This document shows positions 27,158-39,345 of a stretch of DNA of 64,000 nucleotides, in pieces. Numbering within the stretch: the first letter of the stretch is position 1; every line of letters starts with the position of its first letter. A model generated the notes under the pieces. That model searched no databases and was not told the DNA's origin. It saw nothing but the letters and a program-made list of their open reading frames with translations. The DNA comes from Lama guanicoe (Eukaryota), in the NCBI GenBank assembly GCA_013239625.1, contig MU054323.1, positions 10,943,186-11,007,185 on the forward strand, read 5' to 3'. The translations under genes and the position numbers were made by a program.

Positions 27158-27414
27158 TAACTGCCAATAAATTGTTTAGGACCGTGGAAAACTCCACCTG
27201 TAGCAGGAATCAGCACTCGGAGAGATCGGGTATGCCCAACAGAGCTATTCAGAAACCAAGGCTTGGGGGCAGGTGAAACAAAAAAGAGGAAAAAGAGACA
27301 GTAAAAAGAGAAGAGAGAAAAGCAAGAGGAAAACAGAGAAGGAAGGAAATGGTGGACAGTAGCAACCATTGGGTGCCAACCTAGGCCAAAGACTGCTAAC
27401 CCTTGCCTCAATAA

Positions 27415-28030
27415 ACCTCTCATTCATTCATTCATTTATCAAACATTTGAAGGTGCCCACTCTGCCCAAGACATCCTGCCTGACCCCAGAGTAGACACAA
27501 TAAGGAATCACCTACCTCTGCCTTCAAGGAACATATGAGGTGAGACATGCAGAAAAGAAACCCTACTAAGCAACTATAATGCAAAGTGGAAGCTAATGGG
27601 TATTACAGTAAGAAAGACACAGCACTGTGGGAGTCCAGAGGAGGAAGAAAGGGTGTCTAGTTGGAGGAGGAGAATTAAAGAAGGAGGTATCATTTTACCA
27701 CTGGTCTAAAATCACGGGGAAAATAGCAGTATGCAAAGATGAGATTTAGGGCATTTTGTGAAGAAAAGAAAGGAAAGGCATAAACTGAAAAAGCAGGGAA
27801 AGCAGGTGTGAGGAACACAGTGGCTGAAATGCAGGGTGCAAAAAGGGAAGCGTGGGGGATATGTGGAAAAGATAGGAGCCAGTAAATGAAGGAGAGGATG
27901 GTAAAGTAAACTTGAATGCCAAATTCATTCTATTCTGGAGACAAGAGAGAGCCCCTGCAAGTTCTGAAACAAGAGAGGGACATGATCAGAACTGTTCCTG
28001 AGGAAAATTGATTGGTAGCACAGTAATAGA
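27415..28030 (-). mobile_element. L2 LINE fragment
   Basis: (CATT)n terminus followed by typical L2 body. Confidence 0.65.
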
Positions 28031-28099
28031 GAGTCCTGTTATGAACACTGCAGCTCAAGGGAGAAGAGGGCATGAGTTCATGGGAAGAGGGGTTCCTGC

Positions 28100-30748
28100 C
28101 CACTGGGATTTTATTCTGCAATTCAACTGCAAGTGCTGAACAGTATGTCCCAGTGTTCACATTGCCGGAATTATATCCGCCAGTTACTGTTTCCTGTGCA
28201 TTCACTGCCAGGTTTTCTATGAGCTGCCCTAGAGAACAATAATAATATCCTCGGCTTCCTATGGCCTCCATTCTGTTCTACTGTCTCAATGATGCATTCA
28301 TCCTTGCCCCCAGCTGGATAAGGGTCATGTTTCTGATGGATACTCACCATCGAAGTCAGAAGCAACTGTACTGGCACATTTGACTGCTGTGAGGAGGGTG
28401 GTCTAATGGTCACTCCTGGGGATAGACACTCAGGGCTCCATTGCTCAGATGATAAGCCTTCCTCAAACCCATAGGATGAAAACATGTCAGGCTTTGCTGG
28501 CGCCATCCCTACCCTGGCCCTTGTGAAAAAGTGACATCTAGCAATTAGAGCAATTAACAAGCACCTCAGAATGTACAGAGAGAAGATGAAGGAAACCTCA
28601 CCATTGCTGTCAGTCGGGGCTCCTCCCAGAACAACTGATTCATCAAAAAAACTCACCGAATATCTAAATTTTAATTTTAAATGACTAGGTCCCCTTGTTC
28701 ACAGCCAGGTAATCAAATCCATATATTGGAAACATGTTTCAGTCTTTTCTGAGTTGTCTTTTTTTTCAACTTTAAATAAATAAGAGTTCTTTCCAAGGCA
28801 GTTTTTTTTATTTCCTTTGCTTTGCAGCCTGATTAATGACAGGCTCAGCTTCACAAAAAGCCAAGGGAAGGGAAGAAAACAAAGGTGAAGGCCCAATCAT
28901 TTCAGGTCTCCTCTGGCCTTCCCAGGGTTCAATACCCACAACTGCTCCTGAAGATGACACAGCTTTAGACCTAAGCTGGGCCCCAGTAGCAGGTGTGGGA
29001 TAAGCCCACATATGTGGCTGAGCTAATTAGCTTCTCTATTCTGGGTTAAACATTATCTTGAAAAACTAAGTGGAAATCAGCAAGATTCTACAAACTTTGA
29101 CCCTTCCCTTTGAGTTTCTGCCAGGTATAAGATGCAGTGGACTCAGAGGTAGACGCCTGGGTTTGAGACTCAGATACACTCTTCACTGGTGGTGGGACTT
29201 CAGCCAAGTCACCTCCCTCTCCAACTTCAGCTTCCTCTTCTTTAAAAAGGGGTTATTCACAGGTAAGAGGTTACTCACAGGTAAGGGGGTTACTCACAGG
29301 CTTTCATAAAATAAAGTGAGCAAGAACACTATCCAATAATATGGTGTGAAAGCTGTCAAACTGTATCCTCTTCCTACCTGACCTCAGGAGAGATCATGTA
29401 GGTAAAGGGCTTTGAAATCCTTATAACTGGCCCTTAAAAGCAGCATGGAGTAGTGGAAACAGTGTAGGATTTGAGGGCAAGCAACCTCATTTAGGATCCT
29501 CGTCCTGTTGTGTTAACTTAAGCAATTCACAAACTCATTCCAGGCCTCAGTCTCCTCAAGTGTAAAAAGGAGATAACGATCCCTACTTCAAAGTATTTAA
29601 AAGGGGCTGGTACCAAATCTCTTAGGGAAAGACCTGTTTGTAGGGAAACTTCCCTGAGAAGCTCACCCGAATATATACAAGCATGATTATCACTGGTAGC
29701 AAGTGCTCAGGGAAGGGACTGAAACTCCTCTGCATGTGACAAGAAAAAGGATTTCTAAAAGAAAATGCAGAGAAAGACATGAGGGATAGAGATAAGGGGA
29801 AAGCTAGGGAGATGGCTAGTGGTTTGATAGACAGAATAGAACCTCCCTGCCCCCTCTTTCCACTCTGCCCCACCACATCTCAAATCTGTAGCAAAATTGT
29901 TAATAAAAATCTTTGGTATAGGTGAGGGGTGTGCGCGTATGATGAGGCTGCATTTTATGTTTGCCCATTCCAGTGCAACTTAGGACCATGAATCTGTAGA
30001 AACCGTGAAGACAGGCTTACACCCAGGCTACAGAGGCCCCAGCTGATATCAGTGTTGTATAATTGTTGCTACAGTAAGAAATGAGTATGGCACATCAGGA
30101 ACATTTCATTCAGTGTTAAACTCCCAAAGAATGGGCTTAAATGGGGCAGAATTTTGATACACTGATACATCACCATTCCATTCTGAACATTTCCTAGGGA
30201 ATGCAGAATGGCTGGGACACCTGACCCAAAAATGGAAGAATCATGAGACTCCTTTCCATTTTTAAGCTACTATTAAAATTCAGGTGAGGAGAGTGTGGTA
30301 AGTATCTGTTTCTGGGTCTTAAATGGTGAAAGGGACAGAGCTTCCACACTGGGAGAAAAAAAAGGTTAAACTCATTTCAAAAGCAAACAGAACTAACAAC
30401 TTCCCTGGCAGGTTAGTTTTATGTTGCACCTGTCCTACAGGCCTCCTTACTTCTGCCCTCGTGGCATTTTGCATATTTTACCCACAGTGCCTTGCAACAG
30501 TTTAGCTTTCAATAGGCTGCTTGTTGGCTTTTCTCCTAACCTAATTAGGTACCTGCCTAAGCCAAGGGAATGATACTTTTTCTGGGTGAAGTTCTTTCCA
30601 GGATCATGAGCACGCCCAGCACATTCAAGTCCAGTGTTTACAGTGGACATCACTTACGAAGCTCAACAAAGAAGTCCCTTATTTTCATTTCTGCCTGATG
30701 TCTATGGTCTACTTGACTTCATTTGGAGAACATTATCCATGGTATTGC
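28100..30748 (-). pseudogene. Candidate decayed multi-exon gene or spliced lncRNA (unidentified)
   Basis: Exon-like blocks 30748-30658, 30193-30021, 28663-28602, 28519-28348 and 28228-~28100 with AG/GT boundaries; no single frame is open across them. Confidence 0.25.
29251..29300. repeat. ~2.7-copy 18-19 bp tandem repeat within a MIR
   Basis: GGTTATTCACAGGTAAGA / GGTTACTCACAGGTAAGGG / GGTTACTCACAGG. Confidence 0.85.
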
Positions 30749-31579
30749 CTGGCAAATTATTTATCCTTTGGGTTATTGTAGTAAACGTGTAAGCAGATGG
30801 GCTTTCAGATTTTCCAGTCTGTCTCAAAGAAAAGTGAACAAGAAGCGCAACACTCAAAATCCCTCATCCATCATTGCCCACTGGCAGGTGATCTGCTTCA
30901 GCTACTCATGCTGCACACAGCTCTGGCATTTCTCCCTTCTGTTCTGCTACCAGGGAGAGATGTGAAGCAACAGTAACTCTGATGTCAGTGATACCCAGAT
31001 TTTGGGCCCCTCCTCTTCCTGTGTTGGCCATGTGTTCTGGCCTCTCCTCGTTCCTTTACAGAGCCCCTGCACTGGCATTTATTTATAAACCTTAGTTCCA
31101 GCTTCCGTTCACTTTTCGTTCATATCCCCAACCCTGGCCTCATCTTCAAAGCTTTTTAGTGCTCCACTCTAACAGACCAAAATTCCCTTATTTCCATCAG
31201 GGTCTGTCTATACTGGGTCACTAATTAACTTCTGGCTCTGCAAGTTACAGAGCTCATTTGCTGACTCACAAGAGACAACCAAAGGAAGCCTATCATTAGC
31301 ATTCCTAAGCTGCTCATTAGCCACTGGGAAAATCGCACCACCCAAACTGTCAAACCCACCCGAATGCACGAAGGAAAAACTACTTGGGTTAATGGCACTT
31401 CACCTCCTCAAGAACTCTCTGGGCATCTTCTAAGGACTCAGCACTACAGGAGGAGAGTTATCAAGGCTGTGCAAGGGAACCCTCTGTTCTCAAAGCGATG
31501 GGGGCAACACCCACATTCATGAAATAACTAAAATACAATATACAAAAAGAATATAAGACATCAAGACCAAGGTAGTTTT

Positions 31580-33499
31580 TGCATTTCTTTACACTAACAA
31601 TGAATCAACAGAAAAAGAAAGTAAAGAAACAATCCCCTTTAAAATAGCACCCAAAGTAATAAAATACCTAGGAATAATCTAACCAAGGAGGTGAAAGAAT
31701 TATACACACAAAACTATAAACAACTGATGAAGGAAATTAAAGAAGACTTTAAAAAATGGAAAGATGTCCCATGCTCTTGGATTGGAAGAATCAATATTGT
31801 TAAAATGGTCACACTACCCAAGGCAATCTACAGATTTAATGCAATCCCTATCCAATTACCCAGGACATATTTCACAGAACTAGAACAAATCATAATAAAA
31901 TTTATATGGAACCATCAAAGACCTAGAATTGCCAAAGCATTACTGAAGAAACAGAAAGAGGCTGAAGGAATAACTCTTCCAGACTTCAGACAATACTATA
32001 GAGCTACAGTCATCAAGACAGCATGGTATTGGTACAAAAACAGACATATAGACCAATGGAACAGAATAGAGAGCCCAGAAATGAACCCACAAACTTTTAG
32101 TCAACTCATCTTCGACAAAGGAGGCAAGAATATACAATGGAATAAAGACAGTCTCTTCAGCAAATGGTGTTGGGAAAACTGGACAGCAGCATGTAAAACA
32201 ATGAAGCTAGAACACTCCCTTACACCATACACAAAAATAAACTCAAAATGGATCAAAGACTTAGACATCAGACAAGATACAATAAACCTCCTAGAGGAAA
32301 ATACAGGCAAAACATTATCTGACATACATCTCATAATGTTCTCCTAGAATAGTCTACTCAAGCAATAGAAATAACAGCAAGAATAAACAAATGGGACCTA
32401 ATGAAACTTACAAGCTTCTGCACAGCAAAGGAAACCATAAGTAAAACAAAAAGACAACCTATGGAATGGGAAAAAATTTTTGCAAATGAAACCGACAAAG
32501 GCTTGATCTCCAGAATATATAAGCAGCTCATACGACTTAATTAAGAAAAATAAATAGTCCAATCCAAAAATAGGCAGAAGACCTAAACAAGCAATTCTCC
32601 AAGGAAGACATACAAATGATCAATAGGCACATGAAAAAATGCTCAATATCACTAGTTATCAGACAAATGCAAATCAAAACTACAAGGAGGTATCACCTCA
32701 CACCAGTCAGAATGGCCATTATGCAAAAGTCCACAAATGACAAATGCTGGAGAGGCTGTGGAGAAAAGGGAACCCTCCTTCACTGCTGGTGGGAATGCAG
32801 TTTGGTGCAGCCACTGAGGAAAACAGTATGGAGATTCCTCAAAAGACTAGGAATAGACTTACCATATGACCCAGGAATCCCGCTCCTGGGCATATATCCA
32901 GAAGGAACCCTACTTCAGGATGACACCTGCACCCCAATATTCATAGCAGCATTATTTACAATAGCCAAGACATGGAAACAGCCTAAATGTCCATCAACAG
33001 GTGACTGGATAAAGAAGAAGTGGTATATTTATACAATGGAATACTATTCAGCCATAAAAACCAACAACATAATGCCATTTGCAGCAACATGGATGTTCCT
33101 GGAGAATGTCATTCTAAGTGATGTAAGCCAGAAAGAGAAAGAAAAATACCATATGAGATCACTCATATGTGGAATCTAAAAAAAAAAAACCAAAAAAAAC
33201 CAAAGCATAAATACAAAACAGAAATAGACTAACAGACATAGAATACAAACTTGTGGTTGCCACAGGGGCAGGGGTGGGAAGAGATAGACTGGGATTTCAA
33301 AATTGTAGAATAGATAAACAAGATTATACTGTATAGCACAGGGAAATATATACAAGATTTTATGGTAGCTCACAGAGAAAAAAAATGTGACAATGAATAT
33401 ATATATATGTTCATGCATAACTGAAAAATTGTGCTCTACACTGGAATTTGACACAACATTGTAAAATGATTATAAATCAATAAAAAATGTTAAAAAAAA
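31580..33499 (+). mobile_element. Young 5'-truncated camelid-type L1 (ORF2 C-terminal ~530 codons, frameshifted, plus 3' UTR and polyA)
   Basis: ORFs 31691-32347 ([13 protein letters not shown]...) and 32616-33179 ([18 protein letters not shown]...ICGI*); perfect 17-bp TSD AAGACCAAGGTAGTTTT at 31563-31579 and 33500-33516. Confidence 0.95.
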
Positions 33500-33516
33500 A
33501 AGACCAAGGTAGTTTT

Positions 33517-35120
33517 ATTCCAAAAAGGAAGATTGGTTTAACAGTTTGAAAATCTATCAATTTAATTTCTAATTTAATAGAAAAGTAATTTTTTAAATTA
33601 GTGTACTAAATGAGGAAAAATCATCTGATGAATATCAACTCACGATTTAAAAGAAAAAAACTAACTTAGCCAACAAGGAGTAGAACGGAACTTTCTTCAC
33701 CTAAGAAAGGATGGCTTCCAAAAACCCTACAGCAAACACTGCATTTCACTGTAAACTGATGAAAGTTTTTCCTCCAAGACTGGGAGCAAAACCAAGATGA
33801 TTACGCTCATCATTTTACAATTACTGGGTAAACTGGATATTCACGCAGGAAAAAAACTGAATCCTCTCTCACACCATACATAAAAATCAATTCTAGATGG
33901 ATTACAGATCTAAATATAAAAAGCAAAACAATAAAGCTTCTAGACAATAACACAGAATTAAGATACAAATAGCACTAACCATAATTTTAAAATTGATAAA
34001 GTGATTTGATAGAGGAAAAGACATTACATATAACTGAAAAAAGAGCTTATCCAGACTGTATAACTTCTGCAAATCAATTATATAGACAACTCAGTTAAAA
34101 CTGGAGCAAAAGACTTGAATAGGCATTTCACAAAGGAAGTATCCAAATGGCCAATAAACATAAAAGTTTTTTAAACTCATTAGGGATCAAAGAAGTGCAC
34201 AGTGAAACCAGAATATGATACCATTATACTTCTTCCAGAATGGTTAAATTTTGGGGAGTTGACTACACAAAGTGTTGGTAAGCATGTGGAACACCCCAAC
34301 CTCTCATACATTGCTGGTGAGGGTATAAATAGGTAAAATCATTTTAAGAAAGTGATAATATATACTAAAATTGAACATCTGTATACTCTGTAACAGCAAT
34401 TCTACTTCTCAGTATATGCCCAGTAGAAATGCTTCCATGTGTGCATCAAAAGACATGTACAGTAACATTCCAAACGGCAGCATCCATAATGGCTCAAAAG
34501 AAGAATCAACCCAAATGTTAATCAACTGAATGTTAATCAATGATAAATACATTTTAGTATACTCATACAATGAAATATTACACAACAATAGAAATAACAA
34601 ACTACTGCAACACACAATATGGATGAATCTCACAAACATGCAACTGGGCAAAAGAAGCCTTACTTGAAAGAGTAGATATTGTATTATTCCATTTATACAA
34701 GATTAAAATATAGGTAAAATGAATCTGTGGTATTACAGGTGAGTCTTCCAGGGTGCTGGTGGAGTCTATTATTAGATATGGGTAGTGACTCATGGATGCG
34801 TTCACTGTGTGATATTTATCAACCTGAAGAGATGTACCAAGGTAGAGGGGCAATGGGAGTGGTCTGCCACAGCAAAGATAAGTATTTTATCACTGACATT
34901 GTTTAGAATGGTCAATATATAATGCTAATAAAAAGCAGACTGGCTGCTCTTCTCTTGTTTTTCAATTCTCTACAGACAGTGAACCTCCCTTTAGTGTCTG
35001 ACCCTGCAATGAACTGCTCCCACCATTTCCTTAGCACTCCTATTGGTCAAGCTGTACACTTAGAATCTGTACAACTTCTGAACATACGCTACATTTCAAT
35101 AAAAATTTTCAGTTAAAAAA
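33517..35120 (+). mobile_element. Old L1M host element (begins ~31520), decayed ORF2 and 3' UTR
   Basis: Removing the young L1 restores a degenerate DQVGFIP..Q.WFN region; 3' end AAGCTGTACACTTAG...TTTCAATAAAA. Confidence 0.7.
34827..35046 (-). mobile_element. MER97-like hAT-Tip100 short element
   Basis: Internal TTTATCACTGACATTGTTTAGAAT, AAAAAGCAGAC, TTCTCTACAGACA; 8-bp TSD TCAACCTG (34819-34826) / TCAAGCTG (35047-35054). Confidence 0.6.
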
Positions 35121-35747
35121 TTTAAAGGCAACAATTAAGAGAACATAAATATGATCTATCACTTCTAAATCAGAAAACATTAACATAAAATTATAAACCC
35201 AAATTCATTTCATGACAGTGGTTGACTTGAAGAAGGGAGGAAAATGGAACTTTAACTTTATCTGTATGTGTGTGTATAACAAAAAAAAAAGTGTGACAGA
35301 AGGGACACCCATAGGAAAGTCATTTCTTTGGGAGGGATAAATGAAAGCAAACACTAAACATCATGCAGTACAAGCATAAAGGAAAAAATTCATCCAAAAA
35401 CACACAAGAAAAGAAGGTCAATGAGAAATGCCTGTGGTATCCTATTCTTTCATCATCCCTCAGTCTCGAGGGCCAGGGTACATGCAGAGGATGAGCTCAG
35501 GCAAAGCAATGTGGTTAAGAAGAGGGACTGGTGCCTGCTGCTTCTGTCTGACAGGGTAAGAGCTCATGCAGCAGGCAAAAAGACCTTGGGACCTGGAGCT
35601 ATGGAAGGTGCTACTGGAAATCCCTTAGGACACAGGTGAAATAATCAATGCTAAGATCAGGACAGCCCAAGGAAAAAGGCAACCTACAGGTTAGGTGATA
35701 CCACAGCAGAAGTGAAACAGAGCATCAGACTCTGCCAACCTCCAGTA

Positions 35748-37994
35748 CAGGCATACCTCATTTTCTTGGACTTTGCTTTTTTGCACTTTGCAAATACTGT
35801 ATTTTTATAAATTGAAGGTTTGTAGCAACCCTGCATCAAGCAGGTCTATCAGTGTTCTATTTCCAACAGCATTTGCTCACTTTGCGTCTAAGTGCTATAT
35901 TTTGGTGATTCTCACAATATTTCAAAATTTCCCATTATTATATTTGTTATGGTGATCTTTTATCAGTGATCTTTGATGTCACTATTATAATTGTTTTGGG
36001 GTACCACAAACCATGCCCATAAAAGACAGTGAACTTAATCAATAAATGATAAATGTTGTGTGTGTTCTGACTGCTCTAGTGACTGGCTGCCCACTCTCCT
36101 CTTCAGGCTTCCCTATTCCCTGAGACACAAAAATATGAAATTAGGTCAGTTAATAGTCCTACAATGGTATCTAAGTATTCAAGTATTCACAGGTCTTTCT
36201 TTTTAAATCAAAAGTTAGAAGTGATTAAATTTAGTGAGGTTTTGAAGGCAAGTGAAAAGGTGAGATAGAGCAAAAGCTAGGCTGAAAGCTAGGCCTCTTA
36301 CACCAAGCAGTTAGCCATGTTGTGAATGCAAAGAAAAAGTTCTTGAAGGAAATTAAAAGTGCTACTCCAGTGAACACATGAATGACAATAGCTTTATTAC
36401 TGATATGGAGAAGGTTTTAGTGGTCTGTATAGACCAAGCCAGCCACAAAATTTTCTTTAACTAAAGCCTGATGAAGAGCAAGGCCCGAACTCTCCAATTT
36501 TACAAAGGCTAAGAGAGGTACAGAAGCTGCAAAAGAAAAGTTTGAAGCTAGCAGAGGTTGGTTCATGAGGTTTAAAGAAAGATGCCACTTCCATAACGTA
36601 AAAGTGAAAGGTATAGCAGCAAGTGCTGATGTAGATGCTGCAACTTATCCCAAAGATCTAACTAAGATCATTAATGAAGGTGGCTACACTAAACGACAGA
36701 TTTTCTATGTAGATGAAACAGCCTTATACAGGAAGAAGATGCTATCTAGGACTTTCATAGCTAGAGAGAAGAAGTCAATGCCAGGCTTCAAAGAAAAGGC
36801 TTATTTTCTTGCTAGTGGCTAATATAGTTGGTGACATTAAATTGAAGCCAGTTCTCATTAACCATTCTGAAAATCCTGCACCTGGTCACCCAAGAGCTCC
36901 AATGGAGATGTACAATGAGATTAATGTTTTCATGCTTGCTAACACAACATCTACTCTGCAGCCCATGAATCAAGGAGCAATTTCAACTTTCAAGTCTTAT
37001 TACTTATAAAATGTACTTTGTAAAGCCATAGACGCCATACACAGTGACTCCTCTGATGGATATGGGAGAAGTCAACTTTAAACCATCTAGAATGTAAAAT
37101 AAATAAATATTTTTTAATTTAAAAAAAATTTAAAAACCGTCCAGAATGGATTTACCATTCTAGACGCCATTAAGAACATCCATGATTCATGGGAAGAGAT
37201 CAAAATAACAACATTAACGGGGGTTTGGAAGAAGTTGATTCCAACCCTCATGAATGACTTCGGTGGGGTTCAAAATTTCAGTGGAGGAAGTTACTGCAGA
37301 TGTGGTGGAAACAACAAGAGAACTAGAATTAGGAGTGGAACCTGAAGATATGATTGAACTGCTGCAATCTCATGACAAAACTTTCACAGATGAGGAGCTG
37401 CTTATTATGGATAAGCAAAGAAAGTGGCTTCTTGAGATGGAATCTACTCCTGGTGAAGAAGTTGTGAAGGTTGTTGAAACAGCAACAAAGGATTTAGGAT
37501 ATTACATAAACATAGTTGATAAAACAGGGCAGGGTTTGAGAAGATTGACTCCAATTTTGAAAAAAAGTTCTGTGAATAAAATGCTATCAAACAGCATTGC
37601 ATGCTACAGAAAAATTGTTTGTGAAAGAATCAATTGATGTGACAAAGCTCACTGTTGTCTAATTTTGAGAAATAAGCTACCCCAACCTTCAGCAACCACC
37701 ACCTTGATAGTTAGCTAATCAGCAGCTATCAACATTGAGGTAAGATCCTCCACCAGCAAAAAATAACTACTCACTAAAGTCTCAAATGATGGTTAGCATT
37801 TTTTAGCAATAAAGTACTTTTTAATTAAGGTATGTAAATTGGTTTAGACATAATACTATTTCACACTTAATAGACTAAACATAATTTTAATACAAGCTGG
37901 GAAAATAAAAAATTCATGTGACTTACTTTATTACAATATTAGTTTTATTGCAGTGGTCTGGAACCAAACCCACAGTATCTCCCAGGTATGCCTG
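35748..37994 (+). mobile_element. Tigger1 (pogo/TcMar) DNA transposon, near full length, dead transposase
   Basis: TIRs CAGGCATACCT...AGGTATGCCTG, TA TSDs at 35746-35747 and 37995-37996; remnants [36 protein letters not shown]. Confidence 0.95.
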
Positions 37995-38063
37995 TAATGT
38001 CTCCTTGAGCTTTGAGGATCCAAGAGTAAAGGGCCTGGCAAAAAGAGGCCCCTCTGAACAAGC

Positions 38064-38198
38064 AATCACAGTATTTAAAACCCACGGGGTAAATTAATCA
38101 TGTAATTCTAACCCTCATGCCACTTTACACTGAATCATAGTATTTAAAACCCACGGGTTAAATTAATCATGTAATTCTAACCCTCATGCCACTTTACA
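38064..38198. repeat. Tandem duplication of 66 bp
   Basis: 38064-38129 and 38133-38198 differ at 2 positions; 3-nt spacer CTG. Confidence 0.95.
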
Positions 38199-38829
38199 GT
38201 TTTCAAAGTGCATTTAAATACAACATTTTGAGCCACTTCATATAGAGCTGACAGAGACTATGCTTGTTTTCTTTTTCTTTTCATAATAAAAATAATAAAA
38301 ACTTATTTATGAAATTTGGAAAATAGAGGAAGGGAAAAAAATACCTGTTGATTTTCATGCTTAACATTTTTAAGTAGTGTATCACATTCTATGAATTCGT
38401 TTTGTTGGGTTTTTCCCCTTAAGTAAATTGTAATCATCCTAAATATAAGATCTGCACAGCAGAGATTATTACACCCATTTTAAAGATGAGTAATCTGAGG
38501 CTCAAAGAAGTTAAATAGCTTGTCCAAAGAGATAGGGCTACTGAGTGAAAAGTCTAGGTCTAGAATTGAAAAATTCAGGCACTCTTCTAGTTTTTGATGA
38601 ACTTGAAAAATAAGTAGAATCTCTCACTTCTTTGTGAACCTACCACCTCAGGCAAAGTCATTCCTCTTTTATTTGCCCTTGCTGGCAGGAAACGAAGAGA
38701 AAACACAAAGTCCAATCCAAAACAAAAAGTTCTGAAGCTACTGCAGGAGAGTTGGGATCCCTACCAGTTATGGATGGGGAATGAGGGAGGCTGCAGTTGG
38801 CTCCCATTGTATGTTTCTCCCTTTGGACA

Positions 38830-39240
38830 GTACATGAGTCAGAGACCTGGCAGAAAACAGATGGCCCCTTCTACTGTGGGTAAGAAAGGCAAGTTTATTG
38901 AAGGCACTGTTTACAAAAATGAGAAAAGAGCTAAGAGAACACATTCCAAAATGATAAAGTCCTGGGTCTAGAAACAGTGGGAGTGGAAGCTGGAAAGAGC
39001 TGAAGCTACAGGAAAGGAACTCAGTCCCAGTCCACTGAAACAGGAAGGGAGCTAAGGAATAAGCACCCTAATCTCCCTCCCCTCCCCTCCCGTGCTCTGA
39101 ATTCTTGTCAATGCCTCTGAAATTAACCAGAAGTAAGAGGGCAAAGGGAGTGAATAAAGCCATCTAGAGTTAACCTGCTAGGACAGGGGAGAAGCAAGCA
39201 AGAAGAGTGCATTTGGAGGGCAAAGAGAAAATATCTAAAA
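38830..39240 (-). mobile_element. LTR33-like solo LTR
   Basis: Reverse complement of the right end reads GATATTTTCTCTTTGCCCTCCAAATGCACTCT, matching the LTR33 start as I recall it. Confidence 0.6.
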
Positions 39241-39345
39241 TGGGCTTTCCTCTTTCCTACCATAGGAGGTCAAATGGGGCTGTTCCTCAATTAATGACTT
39301 AAAAGGAATGACATCAGAATTCAGAACTACTCAATGTGTCTACAA

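Noticed and set aside
27930..28271. ORF containing GYYYC, GTYC and LYYCAT, reminiscent of Ig V domains
   Set aside because: Cys/Trp spacing does not fit an Ig fold, LYYCAT falls in an L2 remnant, and no leader exon or RSS is visible.
28171..28656. 161-aa single-exon ORF as a real CDS
   Set aside because: Starts at GTG, runs through intron-like sequence and has no recognisable domain; kept only as part of the exon-cluster hypothesis.
28100..30748. Faint resemblance of translations to DH (RhoGEF), FN3, ZP or A2M motifs
   Set aside because: Matches are a few residues in different frames and mutually incompatible; not supportable without a profile search.
31691..33179. 218-aa and 187-aa ORFs as host genes
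   Set aside because: They are frameshifted fragments of L1 ORF2 inside a TSD-flanked element.
36565..37637. Domesticated TIGD1-like transposase gene
   Set aside because: Multiple frameshifts and stops plus a core deletion; this is a fossil Tigger1.
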